NCBI RefSeq assembly: GCF_006345805.1
Contig: NW_021832662.1
Coordinates: 1-30,456 of the forward strand
DNA length: 30,456 nucleotides
Origin: Octopus sinensis
Lineage: Eukaryota
Direction of reading: 5' to 3'
This document shows positions 1 through 11,525 of this stretch, piece by piece. Position 1 is the stretch's first letter; each line of letters begins with the position of its first letter. A program made the translations under genes and the position numbers. The notes beneath the pieces are model-generated. The model was given only the letters and a program-made list of their open reading frames with translations, did no database searches and had not been told where the DNA came from.

Positions 1-799
1 GTATAATCTATATATATAGTAGTCTATATTATATATATATATATATATATATCTTCGACGTGACCCACGTATTGTGTTTGTGCTCCGTTTGCCTTCAGGC
101 ATTTTTACCACAGCCAGCCTATACTCAACTCGTCCTGTCGAAGACGCTTGTCCTGACTTCCCTGGTTTTGTTATGATTGTTTTTACGTTATTTTGTATTT
201 TTATCCGTGCTTTCTTATTGTTTTTACGTATTTTTGAATTTTTTTTTCCGAGTAACATCGTCGTTTTTTCCGTCACCGTGTTGTATACTTTCGAGGTTTT
301 CTTCCAAGGAATCTAATGCGATTGGCTTAGATTTCCCTTGGTTGGCTGCCCAGATTGGAGCAATCTCAAGATTAATCAGCCGAAATTGCGAAGATGATCT
401 GGTTCTTGACTGATGACTGAGAGCTTCTGTGTGTTTTTTTTGCCGTCTTCTAAATGTTTCACGTTCTTGTCCAGTTTGTGTTTTTTTTTAACGTTTCCTA
501 TATATATATATATATTATATATATATATATATATATTAATATAATACATACATACAATGGCACAAACACATCTGTCGAGCATTTGTCTACCATTCTGTGT
601 ATCTACATCCAATGTACATATACTTCGATTGTGCCTACTTCCCTCCATCCTTCTCTCTCTCAATCACTGCAACCATCCATCTATCCGTGTATATACACAC
701 ACACACAACACTAATACACACACTAAAACACACTCACACAGACACTCACACACACACTCCCAAACACAAGCACACACACAAGCACACACATACACACTC

Positions 800-989
800 A
801 CTTGACTGCGGCCATGTTGGAGCACCGACTGTAGTCGAGCAAATCGACCCCAAGACTTATTCTTTGTAAGCCTTGTACTTATTCTATAGGTCTCTTTTGC
901 CGAACCGCTAGGTTACGAGGACATAAAGATACCAACATAGGCTGTCAATCGATGTTGGGTGGGGGGGGACATGTACAGACACACCACAC

Positions 990-1021
<32 letters not shown>

Positions 1022-1175
1022 TGCACCACATGCACACACACGCACACATACGCACACACACGCACACACACACACGGCGTGCTCAGTGCCATAGTAGAAG
1101 CCCTTTGCGTAAATGCCGCAAAGTTGGACTGAGGCTGAAACAACGTGGCTGTAAAGCGAGGTTTTTTTATCATCT
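800..1175 (-). mobile_element. Degenerate SINE family A
   Basis: 3' half at 800-985 matches the other copies; (CA)n; eroded 5' half at 1075-1175. Confidence 0.7.
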
Positions 1176-1214
1176 ATAACATAAAATAAGGTATGTTTAC
1201 ATATATATATATAT

Positions 1215-1430
1215 CACGTGATCACGTGACCGACCAGACCATCAGATGTTGTTACACATCGCTGGTCACAATGCTTTCGCATTGTTTTAGCCTTCGAATG
1301 ACGCCACCTCGTTGGCTAAGCGACCAGGCCAACAGAAGAAAGAGTGAGAGAAAGAGTGGTGAAAGAGTACAGCTGGGATCACCACCCCCTGCCGGAGCCT
1401 CGTGGAGCTTTTAGGTGTTTTCGCTCAATA
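1215..1430 (-). mobile_element. 5'-truncated SINE with family-B central domain and a different 3' tail
   Basis: tattgagcgaaaacacctaaaagctccacgaggctccggcagggg shared with family B; tail ending gtcacgtgatcacgtg shared with 11925-12045. Confidence 0.7.
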
Positions 1431-1984
1431 TATATATATATATATATATGCAAGTGAATGTATACGCGCGTGTGTGTGTGCGCGTGTGTATGTGTGTGTG
1501 TATTTGTGTGTGTGTGTGGTAATAAAACTCGCATGGACAGCAAAACAGAACTACTCCACTTAGCTGTTCATACAATTTTTATTACTACACAAACACACAC
1601 GCACACACACACGCGCAAGTTTGTCCAAGTCAATTCTTGTTCTCTGAAAACACTCAACGAAAAAATTATAATTATAAATCACTCCAGGTTATGACATGTT
1701 TTATTAAAATAGTCAGGAAAAAAAAAAGAACTTGAAAAAAATAATATGGTAACGAAACTACGTGTGTGAATGTGTGTGCGGGCATGCGTATAGAAATGCA
1801 TGGTTATGTTTATTAGAGTTGTATTTGCATATGGTGTCTGTATGGGTATTTAGGCATGTCCGCACAAAATCGCTGATACATCTATACATATATGTATACA
1901 CTTCTTCACCTATATAAAGGACATTTTCACACACACACACACCCTCTCTCTCTATCGATATCTATCTATCTATCTCTCTATCTC

Positions 1985-2055
<71 letters not shown>

Positions 2056-2061
<6 letters not shown>

Positions 2062-2270
2062 GTGACCGCGTGTGTACCGTTGGCGAGTTTTTTCCTGCGT
2101 CTTTCCTTCTTTGCATCTTTCCTATTCCTATGTTTCTGACGAAGAGCTCCGCTTGAAACGTTAAATCCTCCTTATTTCTTTCTTTTCCTGAGCGTCCAAC
2201 AACACTATACTTGTCCCACGTCCTCGCGTTGTTGTGTTTTCTCTTGGTGTTTCATGTTTGATTAACTATG
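2056..2270 (+). mobile_element. Short hammerhead-bearing repeat (Penelope pLTR/retrozyme-like), family H1
   Basis: Clearly homologous to 24620-24835 and 24944-25118; sits in (TA)n; hammerhead motif at 2132-2166. Confidence 0.75.
2132..2166 (+). ncRNA. Minimal type-I hammerhead ribozyme motif
   Basis: GUUU-CUGACGA-A-GAGC(UCC)GCUU-GAA-AC/GU-U-AAAU; intact core; stems I and II each contain one G.U pair. Confidence 0.7.
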
Positions 2271-2327
2271 TAATCTATATATATATAGCTATATATATAG
2301 AGAGAGGAGAGAGAGAGAGAGAGATAG

Positions 2328-2398
<71 letters not shown>

Positions 2399-2499
2399 GA
2401 TTCTGAAGTTAATAATTGCTTATTATTAGCAGTAAACTGGTCATCTTCACTTACAGCCATTTCTATTACTACTCAATAAACATTAAATTTTCATTAAAT

Positions 2500-5068
2500 T
2501 TTCAACTCCAACCCCAAAAAGTTCTACCAAGAACTTGGCAAAAATAAAATAGAAATCACTGCAGCACCAACGGCAGAAGAAGTGGAAGAATTCTGGAGAG
2601 AAATATGGTCGGCAAACGAACAACCAAAAAACAAAAGGACTATTAAAACAACAAACTCAGCATCTGAGCAACTTTGGACCACCATAACAACTGAAGAGGT
2701 CACCCAGGCACTGCAAAGACTAAACAACTGGAAGGCACCTGGACATGACCAGATCCCCAACTTCTGGTTGAAATATCTAACAGGAATGCACAAAAAGCTG
2801 GCTGAAAACTTTAACAACATAATAGCAGAGCCAGAGACAATGCCTGAATGGCTCACGAAGGGGAAAACCATCTTAATTCCCAAATCAAATGAGACAGCAA
2901 AACCAGAAAACTACAGACCTTTAACCTGTCTACCTACAATGTACAAGGCATTTACTGCAGTGATATCGCAAAGATTGAACAAGCACCCGGACGAAAACAA
3001 CCTGTTTCCAGAAGAGCAGAAAGGATGCCGCAAAGGCTCATATGGCTGTAAAGATCAACTAATGATCAATAAAGCCATAACTGAAGACAGCCACAGAAAG
3101 AAGAAAGGCCTCAGTATGGCCTGGATCGACTACAAAAAGGCATTTGATAGCATCCCCCACACATGGATCCTCGAAACACTAGCCATTAACAAAGTAGCAG
3201 CAACAATTATAAAATACATAGGACACTCTATGAATAAATGACAAACAGTGCTACAGTTCCAAACAAAAGAGGGACTCATGAAAACCAAAGCTATCCCCAT
3301 TAGAAGAGGAATATTCCAGGGAGACACGCTCCCTCCGCTCCTATTCTGCTTGGCACTGTCACCTCTATCTGATATGCTAAATAGAACTGGATGCGGATAT
3401 AAATGTTACGGCAAAACGATCAGCCACCTTTTATATATGGATGACCTAAAACTATACGCTGCAAATGACAAACAGCTGGAAACACTATTAAAGACATTTC
3501 ATGGATTTACCAAAGAAATAAATATGAAATTTGGATTAGAAAAATGCGCCAAAGTAACCCTGAAAAGAGGAAAACTAGTTAAGAGTAGCAACATCACACT
3601 AGATAAAACCAATGAAATAAAAGAATTAGACCAAAGCCAAACTTACAAATACTTAGGAATCCATGAACTAGATAAGACAAAACACACAGAAATGAAAGAG
3701 AAAATAAAAAAAGAATATCATAGACGAGTTAGATCAATGCTAAAAACAGAGCTCAATGCTAAAAACAAGATAATAGGTATTAACACTTTAGCTGTCCCAG
3801 TTATAAGTTACAGCTACAATATCCTTAACTAGACACTAAATGAACTGACCAAAATAGATAGGAAAACAAGAAAAATAATGACAGGATCTAGGATGCATCA
3901 CCCAAAATCTGACATAGAAAGACTATATATACAACGTATAGAAGGTGGTAGCGGCCTTATACAGCTGGGAAACTACTATAAAATAACCACCATAGGACTG
4001 CAAAAATATCTACTTAGCTGACAAATAGCTGACAAATACAAACAAGAAATCATACCACCTAACAAATATGAAGAAGAAGAAGAAGAAGAAGAAGAAGAAG
4101 AAGAAGAAGAAGAAGAAGAAGAAGAAGAAGAAGAAGAAGAAGAAGAAACAACAAAAGCTATAAAACAAATGAAATCCAAACTAAAACTAGAACAGCAAAG
4201 AGCCATGATAAAACGATGGCAAGAAAAGCCCCTTCATGGTAAATACTGGACTAAACTAAATGCAAAAGAAGTAGACAAAGAAAAATCCCAGCAATGGTTG
4301 ACAAGCTCAGGACTCAAAGCAGAGACAGAGGGATTTTGATTGCAGCACAAGACCAAAGCTTCCACCAAAGAATTACCAAAAACATGTAATGAAAAGAATA
4401 TACCAAGTAACTGCAGAATATGTGGAGATGGACAAGAAACAATAAATCATATTATCTCTGGCTGCCCAGTCCTGGCTAAGAAGGAATATATTCATAGACA
4501 TGACAGAGTTGGGACCTACATACATTGGAAGCTATGCCAACATTATGGAATAACAACAGAAAAAAGATGGTATAGGCACTACCAGAAAAGGTCACAGAAA
4601 ACGAGAAAGCAACAATACTCTGGGATATGCCGACAAAGATAGAGAAATTAAGGCCAACAGACCAGATATAGTTGTCAGAGATCATGAAGAAAACAATGCT
4701 TTCTAATTGATGTATCAATACCGGCAGATGACAACGTGTCTCTAAAAGAATTGGAGAAACTTTCAAAATACAAAGACCTGGAAATAGAGGTAACCAGAAT
4801 GTGGAATCTAAAAACAGAAACAATTCCTATCATAGTAGGTGCATTAGGCATGATAAAAAATATTCAGACAAATACATAACAAAAACACCAGGACTTACAA
4901 ACACATATAACATACAGAAAATTGCACTACTAGGCACTGCACACATCCTACGCAGAACACTTTCCATACAATAACCATCAGAGCATCACAACAAATCACA
5001 GCACATACCCAAGGCACACAGAGCTGCGCTCGGTAGTGAAGTGAAAGCACGCTATAAAAATAAAACTA

Positions 5069-5107
<39 letters not shown>
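2500..5107 (+). mobile_element. 5'-truncated, inactivated non-LTR retrotransposon with RT + CCHC finger + restriction-like endonuclease (R4/Dong-like), 3' UTR and (AAT)n tail
   Basis: RT motifs KAPGHDQIPNFWLK, NYRPLTCL, EQKGCR, WIDYKKAFDSIPH, GIFQGDTLPPLLF, YMDD (3434-3445), FGLEKC, YKYLGI; then CRICGDGQETINHIISGC and RPDIVV..LIDVSIP..KLSKYKDL..PIIVGALG; stop 4972-4974; (AAT)n 5072-5107. In-frame stops at 3239 and 3830 (both probably Trp codons) and frameshifts near 4335-4630. Confidence 0.93.
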
Positions 5108-5108
<1 letters not shown>

Positions 5109-5319
5109 GTAGTGATAGGGACGAAAAAGAAAGAGAAAGACATATCAATGTATATGGAAGTCTATAGGTGCAGTAAACTTTTGATCGTCTTTTTTCCCCC
5201 TTTTGAACGAACTTTTTCCCATTCTTTCTCCTTTTTGTTTTTCATTTTCGAAACGAAAGAGTCTACATTTGTATTTATCACCTCTGTTTCAGCCCTGTGT
5301 GGCCAATAAAGTAAATTAT

Positions 5320-5390
5320 CTATCTACTTGTCTGTCTGTCCGCCTGTCGATCTATCTATCCATCCATCCATTCGCCTGTCTGTCTGTTTA

Positions 5391-5469
<79 letters not shown>

Positions 5470-5521
5470 GTTTAACTATCTATCTATCTATCTATCTATC
5501 TACCTATCTATCTTTCTATCC

Positions 5522-5615
<94 letters not shown>
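5320..5615. repeat. (TGTC)n/(TATC)n microsatellite
   Basis: Direct reading; related (TATC)/(GATA) arrays at 1955-2035 and 2320-2400. Confidence 0.95.
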
Positions 5616-6214
5616 ATGTGCGTGGGTGGGTGTGTATACATATGTACCTAGATACGTACATACATATGCACATACGCAAAAACAGAAAAGAAATTTTTTT
5701 CATGAATGTGAAATAATTTTGAGAAGTTATGTCCGGAACAAAAAAATGCGAGCGTGTACACACGCAAACACTGCACCCCGTCCACACAGAAGTGCACACA
5801 CACATATATACACAAATTTCCACCGGTGGGATAGACACAATGGCATGTTATTACAATTGCAAATATATGCTAAAAATTCGTCCGCCATATTATCAATTAT
5901 AAACTCGCGCCGCCCCCATCACACGCAGGCATGCGTTCGCCCCAACCCCGCATTCATTAAGGTCACTAAGGACATTCTGTGTGATTACATGAGCGTAGAT
6001 AACAAATTAGACATCAACAAGATTGTGGTTAGGAAGAGAATTGAGTTTAAAAGGAAAGAAAGTGGGTTTCGTAAATTGCAAGGACGTGTTGACAGACATA
6101 TAAAGGACTTCATGTCTGAATGCAATTGGTAGGATGTCTGTTGAGACACACCTCAATGTCTGTGGTTTAGATTACTATGAATCTATCTATGCATGTATGT
6201 ATATATATATATAC

Positions 6215-6258
<44 letters not shown>

Positions 6259-6287
6259 TATATATATATATGTACGTATATAAATAC

Positions 6288-6325
6288 ACACACACACACA
6301 CACACAAACATATATATATAAACAT

Positions 6326-6356
<31 letters not shown>

Positions 6357-6445
6357 ATATATATATATATAAATATATATGTATATATGCATCTTTGTAT
6401 GGTTATGTATATGCGCGTTAGTATTTGAGTACACATATGTTTGTG

Positions 6446-6483
<38 letters not shown>

Positions 6484-6685
6484 TGAGTGTGTGTGTGTAT
6501 AATTATATATATATGCATATGTATATATATCATTATGTACATATATACTCATATATAGGTATCACTATGAACATATCATATATAGATATTATATCATACT
6601 TAGACATCATTCTGTACATATACATACATACATACATACATACATCCATACATATATACATACATACATACATACATACTTACAT

Positions 6686-6722
<37 letters not shown>

Positions 6723-7133
6723 AACATATATATATAAACATATACATACATATATATATATATATATAATATATATATATTATATATAAATATATATGTA
6801 TATATGCATCTTTGTATGGTTATGTATATGCGCGTTAGTATTTGAGTTACACATATGTTTGTGCTTATATATATATATATATTATATATATATATATATA
6901 TGAGTGAGTGTGTGTGTGTGTATAATTATATATATATGCATATGTATATATATCATTATGTACATATATACTCATATATAGGTATCACTATGAACATATC
7001 ATATATAGATATTATATCATACTTAGACATCATTCTGTACATATACATACATACATACATACATACATCCATACATATATACATACATACATACATACAT
7101 ACTTACATACATACATACATACATACACACACA

Positions 7134-7150
<17 letters not shown>
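6288..7150. repeat. Two near-identical ~420 bp tandem units of compound microsatellite
   Basis: Unique anchors gcatctttgtatgg at 6389 and 6806, and gacatcattctgtac at 6603 and 7026. Confidence 0.9.
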
Positions 7151-7194
<44 letters not shown>

Positions 7195-7236
7195 AGAAAA
7201 ATAAAACAAGGTAGAAAAAGCCAAAATAATTTTATC

Positions 7237-7371
7237 CTGAAGAACATTTTAGTACCGGTTACAGACTTTTCGACTTTTTCAACTTAGAATACAGCATGAA
7301 AAGAAATTGTTTTTGTGCTGTACTCTTGAAAAAGTCGCAAAGACTGTAACCGGTACTAAAATGTTCTTCAG
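7237..7371. repeat. Fold-back element with 28-bp perfect terminal inverted repeat
   Basis: ctgaagaacattttagtaccggttacag (7237-7264) is the reverse complement of 7344-7371; an imperfect stem continues inward to a ~19-nt loop. Confidence 0.85.
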
Positions 7372-7970
7372 CATGGCCACAGTCAAGTAAAAGAGTAAAA
7401 GAGTGAAAAAAAAAGAAGAATACGCTGATAATATGTCCCAAGTTATAGAATGTCTGAATGAAATATGAAATGGACACGGCTGGATGCATTGATCATCTGT
7501 CTGCTCGATCAGGTTTGACCTGGTGTTAAACAAAAACAGCAACAGCATGAGCAGCAGCAACAGTGGAGGCGCAATGACCCAATGGTTAGGGAAGCGGACT
7601 CGCGGTCGAAGGATCGCGGTTTCAGTTCCCAGACCGGGCGTTGTGTGTGTTTATTGAGCGAAAACACCTAAAGCTCCACGAGGCTCCGGCAGCGGGTGGT
7701 AGCGACCCCTGTTGTACTCTTTCGCTCCGACTTTCTCTCACTCTTTCTTCCTGTTTCTTGTCCCCCGACTTCCTACGCAACCGCTGAGCCTGGATGCGCA
7801 TTCATCCATCCGTCGATGCTCTCGGTGTCGGGGGTTGACCTGCTTTCTCTTCTGCGGGTCTTACGAATAGCAAAGGACTACGTTTCGGACTTCTCCCATC
7901 TTGCGAGCTCTGGGACGAAGACCGCTTCGCTCAACAGCAACAGCAGGAGCAACAACGATGACAACAGCTC
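7365..7970 (+). repeat. ~600 bp segment duplicated in inverted orientation at 16841-17440
   Basis: Shared SINE-A tail, non-SINE spacer, SINE B and CAG/CAA tail in identical order. Confidence 0.85.
7565..7935 (+). mobile_element. tRNA-derived SINE (family B, tRNA-Arg-like head)
   Basis: Head GGAGGCGCAATGACCCAATGGTTAGGG..GGTTTCAGTTCC; close homologue at 16895-17249 on the minus strand. Confidence 0.8.
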
Positions 7971-8064
7971 AGTCATGACCTTTTTTTAGAACTTCTCCAA
8001 CGACAACCCACTAGCTCTTATTACTTTCTCTATTTTAACCATTTAACTCTCCCTGTATCTCTTC

Positions 8065-8105
<41 letters not shown>

Positions 8106-8369
8106 GGATATACATACGCATACCTACACACATACACACTGTCAAGCAATCGCCAGATGTTACTACAGGACCATGTTTTTCTTTATTCCCTCAATACACA
8201 AGGACAGTTATTTCTCACGGTGAAGAAATAAAGAAAACCAAATGGAAAAATGTGAATGAAAAGCAAGGAGTGTGTGAGAAGGTTAATCAACGTAGAATAA
8301 TAATTATCTAGGTGTTACGTTAATTAAGTGGACTTAATCAGTTGGAATGTCTCGTTTACAAAAGGTGTG

Positions 8370-9335
8370 ACTGGTTTGTTGGCTGGCTAGTTTATTGGCT
8401 GGTTTATTGACGGGTTGACTGGTTGATCCAATGAACGGTTAGTTGGTTGGCTTTTTAGTTTGTTGGTTGGTTTCCTTGTTGGCTTGTTGGTTTGTTATTT
8501 TGTTGGCTAGTTGACTTGTCAGTATGTTGGTTGATTGGCTGGCAAGCATGTTATCTAGTTGGTTTATTGGTTTGTTCGATAGTTGCCTTGCTGGCTTATT
8601 GGCCTTTTGATTCATTGTCCGGGTAACTGATCGGCTATTAGGCTGGTAAGCTTGTTAGCTAGTGGGCTCGTTGATTTCTTGGCTAGCTAGCTTGGCTGGT
8701 TAGTTTTTGTCTTTTCTTTTGGATGGTTGGTTTCTTGGCTAGATGGCTAGTTAACTTGTCTGTTTCTTGGTGGATTGGCTGGTTGGCTTGTTAAATAATT
8801 ATTTTGATGGGTTGTTGGCCAGTTGATTAGTTGACTGGTTAGATGATTGGTCGGTAGGATTGTTAACTAGTTGGTTTGTAAGTTTCTTGGTCTTTTGGCT
8901 TGTTAGCTACTTGCTTTGTTGCCTAGTTCGCTTATTGGTTGGTTGGCTTGTTGGCTGGTTGGCTTATTGGCTGGTTGGCTTGTTGGCGTGCTGGTTAGCC
9001 TGTTGGATAGTTCACTTATTTGTTGGCTAGTAACCTTTTTAGCAGGTTGGCTTGTCAGTTTGTTCGCTAGTTGTTTGTTAGCTAATTGCTTTGTTGGTTT
9101 GCTGGCTGATTAGCCTTTGGGTTTTTTGGCTAGTTAACTTCTCTGTTCGCTGATTGGCTGGTTGCATTGTTGGCTAGTTCACTTTTTGGCTTATTGCTTT
9201 CTTGTCTGGTTGACCTGTCAGTTTATTGCCTGATTGGCTAGTTGGCTAGTTGGTTCCATAGCTGATTAGTTAGTTGGTTTGTTGGCTAGTTGGGACGTTG
9301 GCTTGCTGAACTAGTTGCATGGTCAGCTTATTACT
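8370..9335. repeat. Degenerate (GGTT/GGCT/AGTT)n tetranucleotide array
   Basis: ~1 kb, G/T-rich on the plus strand, with 4-nt periodicity. Confidence 0.85.
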
Positions 9336-10087
9336 GGTAGCAATGTTATCGAATACACTTTTTAGCCACAGAGGTTTTTCACTTCGTATTTCCTCTTAAA
9401 AATCAATATTATTGACTGTAAAAAGAAATCTAGTGCAGTCACTCTGATTTGAACCCTCTTCTACGCATTTGAAACAAACCTATTACTATCTCTTCTCGAT
9501 AACTAAGAAATTGTTCATCACTTCCTCACTTCATTCAATCCGGAAAGATATCATCGCAGGATGGGAAATGTTAAAGTAATTATATAGGTCACGCATCATT
9601 TCTGTCTCTGCATCTTTGTGTAGAAATCAACTCGAAACTATCACAAAGTAGTGAAAAACACAATTGGCGGCTGAGGGGAATGTAAAAATGTTACATTTTA
9701 TTTATCACAACGAAAGATAGAAAGAGAAAAAGAGAGAGATAGAGAGACAGGTGAAAATACGGATGTTTCCGCTTCCGCTTGTATTTTAAAACGCAGTCAA
9801 GCAAATAAAATATACGTCCCAGAGTGAGAGAGAGACAGACAACGGAATGGAACCGGTCATTCGGATCCGGCATGCAAAGAAGAGCCAGCATTGTTCATCT
9901 CCTCTCTTCCTCTTTCTTTGTTTTGCTCTGTTATATCCATACCGTTGTAAGCAAAGCGAAGTGGCAGTAAATTCTTCGACAGACATGCAGAACTAAGTAG
10001 TATTGAGCCGAACCGGAGACCCTGTTTCGATTACTGGTCGCAGCCTTTCTACGTCTTATGCGAGACAGGAAAACCTTCGCGTACATC

Positions 10088-10163
<76 letters not shown>

Positions 10164-10189
10164 TGTGTGTGCGTACACACATATATATA

Positions 10190-10400
10190 ACGGGAAGCTT
10201 TATGAAAATAAACAAAAGACGAAGGCAGGTGGAATACAAACAAACAATTGTATTAGTATGGCGCTCAGGAATATAAATAAAACAAGTCTTTTACGTTTCG
10301 AGCCTATGCTCTTCAACAGAAAGATACACAGAAAAGAAACACAGAAAGAAAGAAGGAGAGAAAAAAATGCGTGCAGAAGCTAGCGAATCAACATGGCGAT
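10190..10400 (-). mobile_element. Hammerhead-bearing repeat, diverged H1 subfamily
   Basis: Plus-strand aacaattgtattagtatggcgctcagga matches the reverse complement of H1 (aacaattatagtattattgacgctcagga); hammerhead-like motif at 10287-10324; left side adjoins (TA)n/(TG)n. Confidence 0.65.
10287..10324 (-). ncRNA. Hammerhead-like motif with variant core CUGUUGA
   Basis: UCUUU-CUGUUGA-A-GAGC(AUAG)GCUC-GAA-AC/GU-A-AAAGA; 5-bp stem I, 4-bp stem II, GUA triplet; core A6 replaced by U. Confidence 0.6.
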
Positions 10401-10404
10401 ATAC

Positions 10405-10461
10405 TCAAAATAAGCAACAAGAATCACACTCATAAAAAGATATTCTTGTTGCTTATTTTGA
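10405..10461. repeat. Perfect 20-bp inverted repeat with 17-nt loop
   Basis: tcaaaataagcaacaagaat / attcttgttgcttattttga. Confidence 0.9.
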
Positions 10462-10560
10462 TTGTAATCACCCCATGGATTTATATGGATAACACCGTAC
10501 AAAATTCTGGTGCATCTAATTTAAGTACCACATTCATTTGAATCTAAATTTTGCTGAAAG

Positions 10561-10591
<31 letters not shown>

Positions 10592-11149
10592 ATGCACTAT
10601 AATATAGACAACGGGTTATATACCTGTTGTAATTTAGTCATCCATAGTCTGATATGATATTTCGGAATAAATTCCTTCTTCAGATATTCTTGGATGGAGT
10701 CACTGCTATAATCGGTTTTCCAACAGCTTTTTGTTCCGAAAAATTCATATCAGATGTATGTATGTGTGTATGTATGTATGTATGTATGTATGTATGTATG
10801 TATGTATGTATGTATGTATGTATGTATGTATGTATGTACGTACGTATGTATGTATGTATGTATGTATGTATGTATGTATGTATGTGTGTGTGTATGTATG
10901 TATGTATGCATGTATGTATGTATGTATGTATGTATGCATATATGTATGCATGTATGTATATGTGCATGTTTCGATTTATCTATCTATATGGCTGTGAGTG
11001 CGTGTTAAGTGAAAGAGGGTAAGATTCAGATCAGTTTTTGAATCCCCCCTTTACGTGACAGACAGACACACACACACACACACATACACACACACATACA
11101 CACACGCACACACACACACACACAAATACATAGTAGCTGTGCTTTCTTG

Positions 11150-11525
11150 CATACGGGCAGAGCCATTGCTTCAAAGAATCATTGAAACGAGTCATTGATA
11201 GTGCAGCGAGAGTCCCTTGTATGACTCTTGAACCCAACCAAAAGATTCTATTGTATAATGCACAGCTGTGCCGGCTGGCAGAGGGACCAGGTGCCACCTT
11301 ATGAAGTGATTTGACATGCTTTTTCAATCCTTCAACTGAAAGGCACACCTTTCTGCAGGTTGCACATGTTCTGTTGTCAACAATAGCCGTATCACAATTT
11401 ACAAGGAGTTGGTTCCTGTGAGGTCTCTGGTGGCTCACCAGGTCTGCATGACTCAAGCATTTCCTTCCACAAATCACACACATAAAAAGTAACACTCCCT
11501 CATTTTCCACAGCTTCACAAATACA
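11150..11525 (-). pseudogene. Degenerate C2H2 zinc-finger-coding remnant, probably the C-terminus of an RTE-like LINE ORF
   Basis: CVICGRKCLSHADLVSHQRPH and CATCRKVCLSVEGLKKHVKSLH, plus a broken third finger (CALYNRIF); no TGEKP linkers, no clear splice sites, microsatellites on both sides. Confidence 0.55.

Noticed and set aside
55-500. Probable repeat ending in GGAAACGTT on the minus strand (~490), like half a hammerhead
   Set aside because: The CUGANGA and stem II half is absent (replaced by (TA)n), and there is no second copy in the window to confirm.
1955-2400. Inverted (TATC)n/(GATA)n tracts around the H1 copy, and TATG/CATA tracts around 11150-11525
   Set aside because: With this density of microsatellites, opposite-orientation neighbours are expected by chance.
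2582-3832. Active reverse transcriptase gene
   Set aside because: 5'-truncated, with in-frame stops and downstream frameshifts.
7565-7640. tRNA-like sequences here and at 17175-17249, 17790-17860 and 20985-21055
   Set aside because: They are SINE heads: A/B boxes are present, but there is no proper acceptor stem and they continue into repeat bodies.
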